Positions 49,941 through 62,428 are shown, counted from the first letter of the stretch. The stretch is 64,000 nucleotides of DNA from an uncultured Planctomycetota bacterium (GCA_963845755.1 CAWJTV010000047.1:64001-128000), one strand, 5' to 3'. The notes: generated by a model not told the origin, from the sequence alone. Numbers and translations are program-made.

Positions 49941-51075
49941 ATGAGCCAGATCGAGAAGATGTCTCGGAGCAGGGCGACGGACCAGGACCAGGCTACCACC
50001 GATCGTCGCGGGTTTCTGAGCGGAGCCGCGGCCGCGCTCGCGACGACCGCCATGGCCGCCGGCACCGCCGCCAGGGCCCAGACCCCGCGCCAGTACGGCC
50101 CACACGCCGAGCCCGTGCGCTATCCCGATCCCGACATCATGGTTCTCGACAAACGTTTCGCGAAGATCAAGATCGGTAACACTCCCATCCGGCGCCTGCA
50201 CACGGGCATGCTCTGGGCCGAAGGGCCGGCCTGGAACGGTGTGGGCAAGTATCTCGTCTGGTCCGATATCCCCAACGACGTCCAGCTCCGCTGGCTCGAG
50301 GATGACGGCCACGTCAGCGTGATGCGTCACCCGTCCGGCAACTCCAACGGCAACACCTTCGATCGCGAGGGCCGGCAGATCTCCTGCGAGCACGGCAACC
50401 GCCGGATGGTGCGCTACGAGCACGACGGCCAGACGACCATCCTGGCCGACCGCTTCGAGGGCAAGCCGCTCAACGCCCCCAACGACGCTGTCGTTCACCC
50501 CGACGGCGGAATCTGGTTCACCGATCCCGGATACGGCTCGCTCCTGGATTACGAAGGCCGCAAAGGAAAGCTCGAGATCAAGGAGGCCGTCTACCGGATC
50601 GACCCGACCAGCGGCAAGCTCGCCAAGGTCACCGACGAACTCTTCAAACCCAACGGCCTTTGCTTCTCCCCCGACTACAAGACGCTCTACATCGCCGACA
50701 CCGGCGCATCCCACTATCCCGAGGCGCCGCGCAACATTCGCGCGTATGACGTCGTCGACGGCACGAAGCTCGCGCGCGGACGGGAGTTCGTCTCGATGAA
50801 GATGTTCGACGGCCGGTGGCGAATTCGCCGGCTTCGCCGACGGCATCCGCTGCGACGAGGAGGGCAACCTCTACGCGGCCGGCGGCTGGGTCGGACCCGG
50901 CTACGACGGCGTCCACATCTTCGCCCCCGACGGCGTCCGGATTGGTCTGATCCTCCTGCCGGAGATCTGTGGAAACCTCTGCTTCGGAGGCCCCAAGCGG
51001 AACCGCCTCTTCGTGGTTGCCGGCCAGTCGCTCTACGCCGTTTACCTCGACACGCGCGGTGGCCATTTCGCCTGA
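49941..51075 (+). CDS. SMP-30/gluconolactonase/LRE family protein with Tat signal (frameshift near 50815)
   Basis: DRRGFL Tat motif; WAEGPAW, SNGNTFD, LNAPND, PNGLCFSPD; shifted frame gives ADGIRCDEEGNL...NLCFGG. Confidence 0.92.
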
Positions 51076-51652
51076 CCACGAGTTCCTCTGAAACTGAGTT
51101 CCCGGAGGATCGCATACGTGCCTTCTGGAACCAGAACGCGAGCCCAGACGAGGTCCTCGGATCAGGCGACGGGCCTCCTTCCTCACGCGGCGGAGTCGCG
51201 CCCGGGAGTTGGCACATCGACTCGGGAACCCCTCTGTGACATAACACCCATTCGTTCCTGGATTTCGGGCGAAAAACCGACCGCACAGGATGGCGCTTTG
51301 TGGCAGCTTTTCGGACGATCTTCCGCGCTGGGTGCTCGATCTTCGACTCGCAGTGGGTCGGCGGAAACGGCAATCGTGGTCCGTGAGGATGGGAGGCGGG
51401 CCTACCTGAGATGGGGATGCCAGGCTGAGCGGAACCAGACCGCTCGCGCACACGCCACCCCCTAACTATTAGGATGCCACAGCTTTTCGAATCCGTTAAT
51501 GCACCTATCGAGAATTGGGCGCGGTTTCGAGTCACAACTCCTGGCGCGATTGAGATATAAAAATTTTCACAAAAAAAAGTAAGCGGTAGACTGTTTCCCC
51601 CGGACTGGAGCGTCGGTGGCTCCCGGGACCTGGGGCGGCGCGGCGGAAGACA

Positions 51653-54600
51653 TCAATCAAGGACCGGCCGGCCTGCGGCATCCCTCTGGAAAGCCTCCTC
51701 GGCGCGGCGGTGGGGCGGCTGGACCAGGATCTCGATCATCCGGAAGAACCCAGCCCTCTGAAGATTCCGATTCTTGCTCGCCTCGGCGGCGGCGAGCTCG
51801 GCCTCGAAGACGATCTCGGCCTTCTTGAGGTCGACCAGGGCCCAGGCGCGGAGCAAGTCGCGGCCGGCGACCTCGGCGAGCTTGGCGGGATCCAGTCCGC
51901 TGCGGGCCTCGAGTTGCTGGAGCAGCACGCGGGCCGCGCCAGGGTTGACCAGTGCCAGGCGGGCCGCGGCGATCGTAGACGCTCGGATCTGCCAGGCGGG
52001 ATCCTGGAAGCCGGAGCCGAACGGGTTGAGCCGGGTCGTCATCACCCGCATGATCACGCTGTTCATGTCGGGATAGCCGATCAGCCGGGCGGCGTCGGCC
52101 ATCCGTGCGGCGGACGCCGTCGCGCCGCCGGAATTGATCGAGCTCTCGTATCGTTCAAGGTGGTCGACCGGCGAGGCCAGGGCGCGGTCGATCAGGGCGA
52201 AGGCGCGCGGCCGGTCGCGTGGGGCGATCGCCATGGCCAGCCAGGCAAACGCCTCGGCCCGCGCATGGTCGGCCATGAAGCTTTTCATCCCATCGATCAC
52301 GCGGATCGCCTCGTCTGTACGGTCGGCACCGATCCGGCTGGCGATCTCCGTCCTGGCATGATCGGGATACGGCCCGTTGCCAACCATCGCGTCGGCCAGG
52401 GCGACGGCCCGGTCTGTATCTTTCTCGGCGATCGCGGCGGCGACGAAACCGGTGTAACGGTCCTTGGAATCGGTCGATTCGACGAGCGCCAGGGCGCGAT
52501 TGGCATCGAACGGAGCCAGCGCCCTGGCGACGACACCGCGCGTATAGCCGTCCATGACCCTGGTCCCCAGGTGCGCGGCGGCCTCAGCGGCCTCGTCGAT
52601 CAGCTTTAGACCCGCCTCGGCGCGACCGAGCCGGATGAGGACCGTCCCGGCCCGGGCCAGCGCGGCGGCGCCGTTGGGCTGCTGGAGCGCGCGGGCGCGG
52701 ACGACCGCCTCCTCGGCGAAGAGCAGGGACTTCTTTGGATCGGTCGGCGCGAACCGGTCGGCCAGCCGCTGCAAGGTGTACTGGCTCTCGCTCGGAGCGG
52801 CCGGGGCCAGCATCGCCAGCGCCTCCGGGCCGTCCTGCTCGGCGAGCATCTCGGCCGCCGCCTGGCGGACCCGCCCGTCATAACGATGTCCGTGCTGGGC
52901 CGACCGTTGCAAGGCGAGCTCCGGGTCGATCCGGGCCATGTCCGGGATGCAGGACGATGCACCGTTTTGCTCGGCGTTCTCACCGAATTTGTCCCAGAGC
53001 CGGATCAGGATCCGCCGGGCGAAGGCCCGCTGATCTTCGAAGGTCGCCGTCGCGTCGGGCTTCCAGACGGGGGGCGGCTCCGTCGTCTTGTGCATCGTGA
53101 CGGTCAGCTCGCCGCCTTCGGCTTCGGCCTTTTCGCCGGTGAAGCGGTAACCGTCCTTGCGAGCGAACGCGTACTTGACCCCCGGGAACAGGCCCTCGAG
53201 CCGGAACCGGCCCTGGTCGTCGGTCAGGGCCTCGACCGCTCTGGGACCATCGCCGCGATTGAAGACCGTCGCGCTGGCGATGGGCCGGCCGTCGGAGCCG
53301 ACCACGCGGCCAGCGAGGTAGCCGTCGATCCCGGTCAGGACGATCGAGCCGACGAGGTGCGTCTCGCCGGCCTTGCCGGTGACTTCGGGCACCTCGGCCT
53401 TGCCCCGGCCCGGCGCCTCGATGACGACCTTGTACCGATCGCCCGGCCAGAGGTCCCGGAAAACGAACCAGCCGGCCTTGGAGGTCGTGAACGACTCCAG
53501 CATCCCGCTGATCCCCTTGCCCAGCGCATCCGGCTTCCCGCTGACGAATTGGCGCGACCACCAGAGCTGGGCCCTGGCCTCCGCGATCGGCTTGCCCGAG
53601 GGGTCGGTCACTTGCCCTCGAATCCGGAACGCGAACTTCGGGTCGATCGTGAGCTTGAGCTTCCCATCGACCAGCCTCGGCGTGATCACAATGGTGCCGT
53701 CGGTCGTCGCCTCCTTGGTCCGGGCGCGAAGGGGGATCGTGTCGTTGGGGTCGAGCTGCTCGAGGTGGAACGTGCCGCCGGGTCCGGTCTGGATCCTGGT
53801 CCCGCCAAAGCCGAACCCCCGGGGATTGGGCGCGGTCACGACGACTTCGGCCCCGACGACCGGCTGACCGTCCGCATCAACGACCACACCGTCGAGCTCG
53901 GTCGCGCGGTGGAGCTTCAGGTCGGGCCAGGTCCGGTCGGCCGTGATTTCCAGCCTGGGGCATTCGTGCGACCAGAGTCCCAGATAGGTCTTCGGTAGCG
54001 TCGAGGGCTGCACCTGGATGTTCCCCGGCGGCGCCTCGATCGTGTAACGGCCGTCGGCGTCGGTCTTGGCCTGACCGATGAAAAAGAGGGAATTCTGAGG
54101 GGTGAGCAGTGTGGAGCGGAGGCCAATCCCCGGGATGCCCTTGCCTGTCTGTGCGTCGAGAATCCGCCCCGTGATCGTCACGAGCCGATGGACCGGCATG
54201 CCGACCCGGGCGACGGCCTTCGGTCCGACCTCGACCTCCTGGGCCTCCTCGGTTGCTGAGCGGGAACTGCCGTCGAGGACGGGAATGACCTCATAGCGGC
54301 CCGGTGGCACGTCGTCGAACCGGAACGCGCCATCCTGATCGGCGAGGACGGTCTGAGAGTAATACATCTGGAACGGGGCCGAGCCGCGATCCTCGCGCGT
54401 ATCTTGCGGCGCAACGAGACCGAGAGCTTCCCCGAGCGCCCGCGATCATCGGGCGGCTTCAGCCGGCCTTCGATCCGCCCGAGCCGTCCATCGAGGACGA
54501 TCGACACGGGCCGGGAGGCATCCCAGGAAATCGTGGGCTTTCCGAAACCTGGGGCGGAGATCCTCGCGTCGACCCGGCAGCCCGGCGGGATGCCGTCGAG

Positions 54601-55197
54601 TGCGAACGAGCCGTCCGGGGCGGTTTTGGTTCGGAACGGCCCGGCCAGTTCGGGGCTGAGCCGGAGGAGATCTTGCCCCGGGTGTTCCTCCGCGCGCCGG
54701 CCGAGGCTCAACGGCATGACCTCGGCGCCGGCGATCGGCCGGCCGGATTGATCGTTCAACCGGCCCCGGACCTGGCCGACGGGGCCCAGGACGAGCGTGA
54801 CCTCATGTCCATTTGTGTGAATGAACCAGATGCTGCTCCGCCAGCCGATCCGCCCATCGCCGACGCGGGCGAACACGTTGAGGAAACGAGAAGGTTGAGG
54901 GCCGGCGGGTCCCCAGGCGCGCGGAAACACGAAGTAGCCCCGGTCGGCGGAGGTCGTGGTCGCGATCGTCTCAGGTGCCTCCCAATCGCCACCGATGGCC
55001 CAGATCTTGGCTCCGGGGACTCCCACGCCGGCCTTGTCCACGACCCGCCCGGAGAGGTCCTCCGCCTGCGCCGCGCAGGGGCGCGGAAATCCGCAAGCCA
55101 GCCCGGCCAGGCCCAGCACGACGACTGCCAGACGAGCCGCGCCTGCATGAGCCCGCGGGCGAACGTCAGGAAGTCGCACGATTGGAGAAACCGACAT
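51653..55197 (-). CDS. Exported protein with multiple carboxypeptidase-regulatory-like (beta-sandwich) repeats and a helical C-terminus (frameshift near 54390)
   Basis: Repeated G.V.D..G.PI.GA.V and TD.DG.F.L motifs across ORFs 54178-55251 and 51653-54367; signal peptide. Confidence 0.82.
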
Positions 55198-55266
55198 ATT
55201 CCGGCCTCCCGATTGAAGTAACCGTAGGTCGGGCTGTCCAGCCTGACCCACTTTCCAGCCGCTATC

Positions 55267-55565
55267 CTAACGCGGCCTCCGGCCGCAACCCAAGAGGGAT
55301 TCCCGATTCGAGATTCCGGATTCCCGAAGAGGAATGATTCCGGAATCGGGAATCGCGAATCCGGAATTCGGAATCCCCAAAGGCGCGCACGGCGCAAGGG
55401 ATCCTACGGGGGAGAACTCTAACGCGGCCTCCGGCCGCAACCCAAGAGGGATTCCCGATTCGAGATTCCGGATTCCCGAAGAGGAATGGATCCGGAATCG
55501 GGAATCGCGAATCCGGAATTCGGAATCCCCAGATGCGCGCACGGCGCGGGGAGCCTACAGAGGAA
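55267..55565. repeat. Two tandem copies (152-bp period) of the structured GATTC/GAATC-heptamer repeat unit
   Basis: Units start at 55267 and 55419 with CTAACGCGGCCTCCGGCCGCAACC. Confidence 0.93.
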
Positions 55566-55572
55566 GACACGA

Positions 55573-56589
55573 TCAGCGCCGGGCCGTCTCGGCATGCTGG
55601 TAGACAGCCCGGGTGATGTCCGCCACGAGCTTGTGGGCCCGCGGTGGCTCCTTGATCCCGCGCGTCAGGACGACCAGGACAAACGGCTTTCCCCGGGCCG
55701 GCTCGACGATCGCCGCGTCGTGATAGACCTGCCCGAACGCCCCGGTCTTGTGCGCGACGGTGACGCCCTTGGGCAGCCCGGCGGGGATTCCCTCGGCGAA
55801 CTTCTGACCGCGCAGAATCGCGATCATCTCCTCGGAAGCCTTCATGGAGACGACCTTCCGTTCGGCCAACTGCTTGAGGATCTGCATGAGGCCGCGCGGC
55901 GTGAGCGTGTTACTGAGCCCCCGCGCATACGCCTGATTGTCCTCGACGCCGCGCAGGACCCGGATGTTCTTGGCTCCGAGCTGCTTCATGTATTCCGAAG
56001 TCCGGGCCGCGCCGACTCGCTCCACGAGCATATTCGTGGCGACATTGCTGCTCTCGGTGATCATCAGCCGCATGAGCTCCCGGATGGTCAACCGCTCGCC
56101 CAGCCGCCGATAGAGGCCCGTCTCGGAGTCGTCCTCGACCTTGAGCAAGAACGGCTTCCCGTCGACGATGCTGGTAAATTCTTTTTTTACCGCCATTCGG
56201 TCGTCCAGGGAGAGCGTCTTATCCTCGGCCTGGCGAAACACCTCCATCATGACCGGCACCTTCATCGTGCTGGCCGCGTGAAACGTGTCATCCGCATGAT
56301 TGAGCAATTCCTCACCGGTCGCCAGGTCGTGGTAGGCCACGCCGACCTCTTCGGCGCCAGCAACGCGGATCAGCGCCTCGACGGCCTTGGTCAGAGCCTC
56401 GAGGCCGTTCGTGGGCTTGGCGGCATCTTGCTCGCTCGACCATCCCACGCGCGGCCCACAGCCGAGCCACGCCGACAGGACGCCGAGGCATACCCTGCGC
56501 GTCACAGAGGGCGGGTCGATCGAACGGTCCGACCGGGGAAACTCGTCGTTCGTTGGAGCAGTCGTATGGCGGATCTCGGAGCCAAGCAT
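55573..56589 (-). CDS. Class A beta-lactamase-fold serine hydrolase, possible Tat lipoprotein
   Basis: ASTMK (SxxK), SSN, HKTG, HDAAIV; TRRVCL...LGC N-terminus. Start uncertain. Confidence 0.85.
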   Translation of the reverse strand: MLGSEIRHTTAPTNDEFPRSDRSIDPPSVTRRVCLGVLSAWLGCGPRVGWSSEQDAAKPTNGLEALTKAVEALIRVAGAEEVGVAYHDLATGEELLNHADDTFHAASTMKVPVMMEVFRQAEDKTLSLDDRMAVKKEFTSIVDGKPFLLKVEDDSETGLYRRLGERLTIRELMRLMITESSNVATNMLVERVGAARTSEYMKQLGAKNIRVLRGVEDNQAYARGLSNTLTPRGLMQILKQLAERKVVSMKASEEMIAILRGQKFAEGIPAGLPKGVTVAHKTGAFGQVYHDAAIVEPARGKPFVLVVLTRGIKEPPRAHKLVADITRAVYQHAETARR

Positions 56590-56807
56590 GGGCAATCCTT
56601 CAAGAAACCGGATGACCGTGTCGCTGGTAACCACCGTTCACCTCGCGATCGAGGTCGATCGGATCGACCGAGGTCTTCCTCGATCGTATCAGACCGTTGC
56701 GCGAAGTCGACGAGTGATTGCTCCGAGACATCGGAGGACCGGGGTCAACCGCTGGTGACAACGCACGTGAGTGTGTGCTTCGAACCGGACTTCGCGTGCG
56801 GGATGGC

Positions 56808-59800
56808 TCAGGGTTGATCGCCCAAAGCCTTCGTCGAGAGCGCCTCGACGTCCTCCCACAGGCCACGCCAGGCCGGGCGTTCTCCCTCCGGGAGCTTCGC
56901 CAGGCTTGCCGGTTCGCGCAGGCCCGCCAGGGCGGGATCGGTCTTCCAGTTCTCCAGGGCCTGGCGCACCATGCCGCGTCTCTCGGGCTCGCACTGATCG
57001 AGCGTTCTGGACCAGGTCCGAACCTCGCCACGGAGCCAGCCGAGCGCCTGGCCGCGAAGCCTGGCCCGTGCGGCTTCATCCGTCGGTGGAACATCTTTGC
57101 CCAGGCCGCAGCCGGCCAGTGCGGCGTTGCGGGCGGCGAAGTAGGCGTGGCCGGCATGGCGGTCGTCTGCCAGCTTGGGCTCGGCCCGCAGGGCATCGGC
57201 GTAGAGCCGGGCTGCTGCGGCGTGGCGGCGCATCTCGGAGCAGATCCGAGCGAACTCCAGGCATTCGGAAGGGTCCGTGGGGATGTTGTCTCCCTCGAGC
57301 ACGGCCAGCAGCCTGCGCGACAGGACCACCGCGCGCTCGGCATCGCGGACCCACTGGCCCGAGGGATAACGCCAGTCGGGCCGACTCGAGCCGAGCTGGT
57401 GCCCCGCGCGGAGCTCGGCGAGAGCTTCCTCGAATCTCCCCTGCGCCCGGAGCACTCGACCCAGGTTGCAGTGGGCGTCGGCCCGGCTGGGCTCGAGCTT
57501 CAGGGCCGCCCGGAGTTCGGCCTCGGACTCGGCCAGTTCCCCCCGGCGTTGCAAGCCGACAGCGAGGTTGGAGTGGGCCTCGGCATCGTCGGGCCGGAGC
57601 CGGATGGCGGTGCGGAACTCGGCGATGGCCTCCGTCAGCTTCCCCAGGTGCCCCAGGGCGATGCCGAGGCCGGTGTGGGCCTGGACGTCGTCGGGCCGGA
57701 GGCGGACGGCCGTGCGGAGGCGCATCGACACCGCCGTGGTAGTCACGCTGGGCGTTGCACAGGAGCGAGCCCAGGTTGACGTAGGAGCTCGCGTCGTCGG
57801 GGCGGAGGCGGACGGCCGTGCGGAACTCGGCGATCGCCTCGGCCAGCTTCCCCCGGGACCGCAGCGCCACGCCGAGGTTGGCGTGGGTCCGGGCGTCGCC
57901 GGGCCGGAGGCGGATGGCGGTCCGATACGCGGCGATCGCCCCCGCCAAATCCCCCCGAAGTTGCAGGGCGTTGCCGAGGTTGTCGTAAGCACGCCCGTCG
58001 TCGGGCCGGAGCCGGATGGCGGTGCGGAATTCGGCGATCGCCTCGGCCAGCTCCCCCCGAAACTGCAGGGCGACGCCGAGGTTCATGTGGGCGTCCGGAG
58101 CCTCGGGCCGGAGGCGGACGGCGGTGCGGAGCGCGGCGACCGCGCCGTCGTAGTCGTGCTCGGCGTCGATCAGGATCGCGCCGAGGTTGGAGTAGGCCTG
58201 GGCGTCGTCGGGCCGGAGCCGGATGGCGGTGCGGACCTCGGCGGTCGCCTCCGCCAGCTTCCCCGCGGCGGTCAGGGCGAGGGCGAGGCCGGTATGGGCA
58301 TCGGCGTCGTCGGGGCGGAGGCGGACGGCCCCACGCAGGATCGCGACCCCCTTGGCCGCGGCCGCCAGCGAACCGGGGCGATCGCCTCGTTCCCGCAGCA
58401 GTTCACTGTAATGGGCGTAGTTGCGGCCATCGTCGGGACGCCGTCGCAACAGGTCCTCGAACACCGCGAGCGCCTCGTCCGAGTCCCCGGAGTCTTTCAG
58501 CGCAATGGCCAGGGCGAGCGCCGTCTCGGGCCGGAGGGCGCGGGCGATGGAATAGTGGCGGATCGCCTCCTCGCGACGCGACCGGCCCTCCAGGACGCGA
58601 GCCAGGTCGTAGTTGAGCCAAACGTCCTCCGGGAACCTCCGCCGGCCGGCCCGCAGCACGTGGTCCGCCGCCTCCGACTCCCCGGCTTCAGAGAGGGCCG
58701 TGCCCAGGAGATCCAGGTCGACCGCGGGCAGGGCCTCCAGCTTCGCGGACGCGGCGATGGTCCGGAGCGCCTTGCCCCGCGATGCCCGGTCGGCCAGGTC
58801 GAGCGCGCGGCGGAGCCCGACCCGCCAGGGGGCCGGATCGACGGCATTCGCGACCTCGGCGAGCCGCAGCGCCCCAGCTTGATCGTGGCGCAGCGATCGT
58901 CGCACCGAGGCCCAGTCGTCCAGCGCCGCGGTCAGCGCCCCGGCCACGGCCGCGGGTCGGGCCTTGATCCCGGTGCCCGCCTCGGCCGGCGGTGGTCCCG
59001 CGACGTCGATCCCGGCGTCCCGGAAGGCCCGGGCGTAATCCGCGTCGGTCCGCGAGCCGTCGGAGTCGTCGGCCTTGGCCGAGCGGATATCGACCAGCTT
59101 CTCCAGGAGCTTCCGGTCGGCCCTCTCGCCCCGGGCAGCCGCCTCGGCCGCTTGCTTGTCGGCCGTGATGTCGGCCAGCAGCGACTCGACCTGCGCCGCC
59201 AGCACCGGGTCGGAACGCGGCTCGAGGAGGCCCATGGCCTTGTCGGCAGCGGCCAGAGCCTCGACCCAGGGTGTCAAGTCGCCGGCCGCCGCCCGTTGGG
59301 CCTGGCCCTTCAACCGCGTGGCCTCCTGCAACGCCGCGTTGACGCGGGCCGAGATCAACCCCCTCTGCCGGATCCGGTCCAACTCCACCCACCGCCAGCC
59401 GGCGACGCCGAGCGCAGTCGCGATCAAGACCGTGGCGGCCAGACCTGCGGTCATCCGTCGCGCCCGCCCCTCGGCCCGCGCCCGCCCCTCGGCCGCCGCG
59501 GCGGTTGCCCGCGCCTCCTCGGCTCGGGCCGCCTCGGCCGCCCGGGCCTGCTCGGCCTCGCGGATCCGCCGGTGGACGCCGTCGAGGTACACTTGCATGC
59601 GGTCGGCGACCACCTGGGCATCGCGCGGGCGGTCGTCCCAGGCGGGGGCCAGGCAGGCCCGCGCCAGGCGGACCAGCTCGTCGTCCGCGCCGCAGGTCGC
59701 CAGCCGGGCGAAGGCGCCCGAGAGGTCGGCCCGGCGGGCCGATCGCAGGACCTCGTCCGAGGAGCGGCCGGTGAACGCCGGGTGGCCCGTGAGGATCTCG

Positions 59801-60946
59801 CACAGGATCGACCCCAGCGCGAAGACGTCGGCCCGCTCGTCCACCCGCTCGATCTGCCCGTCGGCCTGCTCGGGGGCCATGTAGGAGGGCGTGCCCAGGA
59901 CGCTCCCCGCGCGCGAGCGGTCGACATCCGAGTCGCTCCGCGCCGTCGCGACGACCCTCTCCCGCTCGTCGCCGTCTCCAACCTCCGGATCGTCGGCGTC
60001 GCCGCCGCGGGGCAGGACCTTGGCCAGGCCCCAGTCCATCACCTGCACCTCGCCGAACGGCCCCACCATGATGTTCGACGGCTTGAGGTCACGGTGGACG
60101 ACGCCCCGCGCATGGGCGTAGGCCACCGTCTGGGCCACCCGGAGGAACGTCTCCAGGAACCGGGGCAGCTCGGATGAGGGAGCCGTCCGCGCGGCCAGCA
60201 GCCCGGCGAGGGTGTGGCCCTTGACCAGCTTCATCGTGAAGTAGGGCCGCGCGTCGCCGAAGACGCCCAGCTCATACACCGGGACGATTCCGGGATGCTG
60301 GAGTTGGCCTCCGATCTGCGCCTCTTCGACGAAGCGCCGGATCAGGTCGGGCCGATGGTGATGCTCCTCGAGCAGGACCTTGACGGCCAGGTCGCGGCCG
60401 AGATCGGGATCGCGCCCCTTGAGCACGACCCCCATCGCGCCGCGGGCGATCTCGCCCAGCAGTTGCACCCGCGCCGGGCGGTCCGCCGACACGGGCCGTT
60501 CGGCCGACGATGGCCGGACCGTCGGGGCCTCGGCGCCACCCCGGATGTCGCCCAGCAGGACGCGTGGCAGGGGGCCGGCCGAGCGGTCGAGGGTCTCGAG
60601 CACGCGGCCTCCGGGGTGAGGCCAGTTCGCGCCGGATGGACCGGTGTCGGTCCAGGGCTGCGCCTCGGCGAAGGCCTCGTGGATGAGCGAGGGGTGAGCC
60701 GGGAAACGGTCCAGGTAGTCGCCCGCCGTCGGCGTCTCGCCGCGGCGCCGGCGGTGGGCAACCTCGACCGCCAGCGCGTGTCGGAGCAGTTCATCCCGGT
60801 CATCGGCGCCGGCCGTTGGCGAGCCAGTTTTCCAGGGGAGTCGGGGAGCCGGCGACCCACCCGTCCTCGAACGACTCGATGAGGCGGAGGATGCACAGAT
60901 CGTGGTTGCCGTCGTCGCCTGACACATTCGAATCGGGGCGGACCAT
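56808..60946 (-). CDS. Ser/Thr kinase with TM helix and C-terminal TPR array (frameshifts near 60815 and 57722)
   Basis: IARGAMGVV, LAVK, HRDLKPSN, DWG, GTPSYMAPEQ; 34-aa repeats A.AEFRTAIRLRPDDA.AH.NLG. Confidence 0.9.
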
Positions 60947-60996
60947 GGCGAGCCTCGAGTGGCAAGAGTGGCGGTTCGCGGCCGGGTGGATGGTGG

Positions 60997-61635
60997 TCAG
61001 GAGTCCTCCGGCTCGTCGTCCAGCGCGACCACGTCCCGCAGGTGGGGACCCAGGAGGCTCCGGATCGTCCGCAGCTTCAGCTCCACGGTTCGCTCGACGC
61101 GGCCGATCTCCACGGCGATCTCGGCATTCGAATAACCCTCGATCCGCATCGCCAGGACGCGGCGGAGGTCGTCGGGCAGGACGTCCAGCAGGCGGTCGAA
61201 CTCCTCCCGAGCGGCGGCCTCCTCGTCCGGGGCTCGGTTGCGGAAGTCGACCGGCTCGGCCGGGCCGAGATGGTCGCCGACGAGTTGCTCGCGGCGGACG
61301 TCCCGTCGCCCGGCGCGGTGGCGGTCGGCCGTGTTGGCGATCTTGTAGAGCGTGAACCGGACCAGGCGCCGCCAGAGCTCGACCCGGTCGCGGGGCGGGC
61401 CGTTCGGCCCGGGACCAGCCGCGAAATAGTCGGCAAACAGGCTTTGCATCACATCCTCGAGTCCCGCCCGCCGGAGGATCCGCGGATCGAGCCGACGTCG
61501 CACGATCGTCGCGATCCGGTCCGAGAAGCGAAGCCACATCTGTCGGGCCGCTTCGTCCCTCCGGATTGGGTCCGGCGAATACACCTCGTGGGCCAGCCGC
61601 GTCAGCGATCCATCCAGGTTCACATCGGGTTCCAT
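60997..61635 (-). CDS. ECF-type sigma factor (kinase-associated)
   Basis: GSLTRL...AARQMW.RF..R....RRRL, EDVMQS.F, region 4 EGYSNAEIA..IG..ERTVE.KL..IR. Confidence 0.88.
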   Translation of the reverse strand: MEPDVNLDGSLTRLAHEVYSPDPIRRDEAARQMWLRFSDRIATIVRRRLDPRILRRAGLEDVMQSLFADYFAAGPGPNGPPRDRVELWRRLVRFTLYKIANTADRHRAGRRDVRREQLVGDHLGPAEPVDFRNRAPDEEAAAREEFDRLLDVLPDDLRRVLAMRIEGYSNAEIAVEIGRVERTVELKLRTIRSLLGPHLRDVVALDDEPEDS

Positions 61636-61798
61636 GGGACCGGTTCCTGTGCGATCGTCGGGTGCCGGCCTCGCGCGAAGCACGTCGGCGCGCAATGCCC
61701 GCTTGTTCCAGTGGGATTTGGCGGCCGCAGCCCGAAATTCGGGGCCGAATCCATCCATCGCGGCGCGAAGAGCCCATCCGCGTGGGCTGTCCTCCATC

Positions 61799-62380
61799 CT
61801 AACGCGGCCTTCGGCCGCAACCCAATCGGGATTCCCGATTCGCGATTCCCGATTCCCGAAGGGGAATGATTCCAGAATCGGGAATCTCGAATCCGGAATC
61901 CCCAGATGCGCAGGCGGCAGGGATCCTACGGAGGACGACTCTAACGCGGCCATCGGCCGCAACCCAATCGGGATTCCCGATTCGCGATTCCGGATTCCCG
62001 AAGGGGAATGATTCCAGAATCGGGAATCTCGAATCCGGAATCCCCAGATGCGCACGGCGCAGGGATCCTACGGAGGACGACTCTGACGCGGCCTTCGGCC
62101 GCAACCCCATCGGGATTCCCGATTCGCGATTCCCGATTCCCGAAGGGGAATGATCCGGGAATTCGGAATCGCGAATCGGGAATCCCCAGATGCGCACGGC
62201 GCAGGGATCCTACGGAGGACGACTCTGACGCGGCCTTCGGCCGCAACCCCATCGGGATTCCCGATTCGCGATTCCGGATTCCCGAAGGGGAATGATCCGG
62301 GAATCCGGAATCGCGAATCCGGAATTCGGAATCCCCAGAGGCGCGCAGGGCGCAAGGGATCCTACGGAAGACGACTCTAA
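61799..62380. repeat. Four tandem copies (142-bp period; last ~152 bp) of the structured GATTC/GAATC-heptamer repeat unit
   Basis: Units start at 61799, 61941, 62083 and 62225. Confidence 0.95.
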
Positions 62381-62428
62381 GAGCGGCCAATCGACGCGGT
62401 CAACCCCTCGGCGGCGATCGGATCAGAG

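Noticed and set aside
55573..56589. Bona fide antibiotic-resistance class A beta-lactamase
   Set aside because: It has the fold motifs but SSN in place of SDN and no clear ExxLN omega-loop motif; activity cannot be inferred.
57480..58330. ~102-bp DNA repeats as a non-coding array
   Set aside because: Explained by 34-aa TPR coding repeats of the kinase.
61799..62380. CRISPR array interpretation of the 142-bp tandem units (also 55267-55565)
   Set aside because: The whole unit is repeated with no unique spacers, the period is too long, and there are no cas genes in the window.
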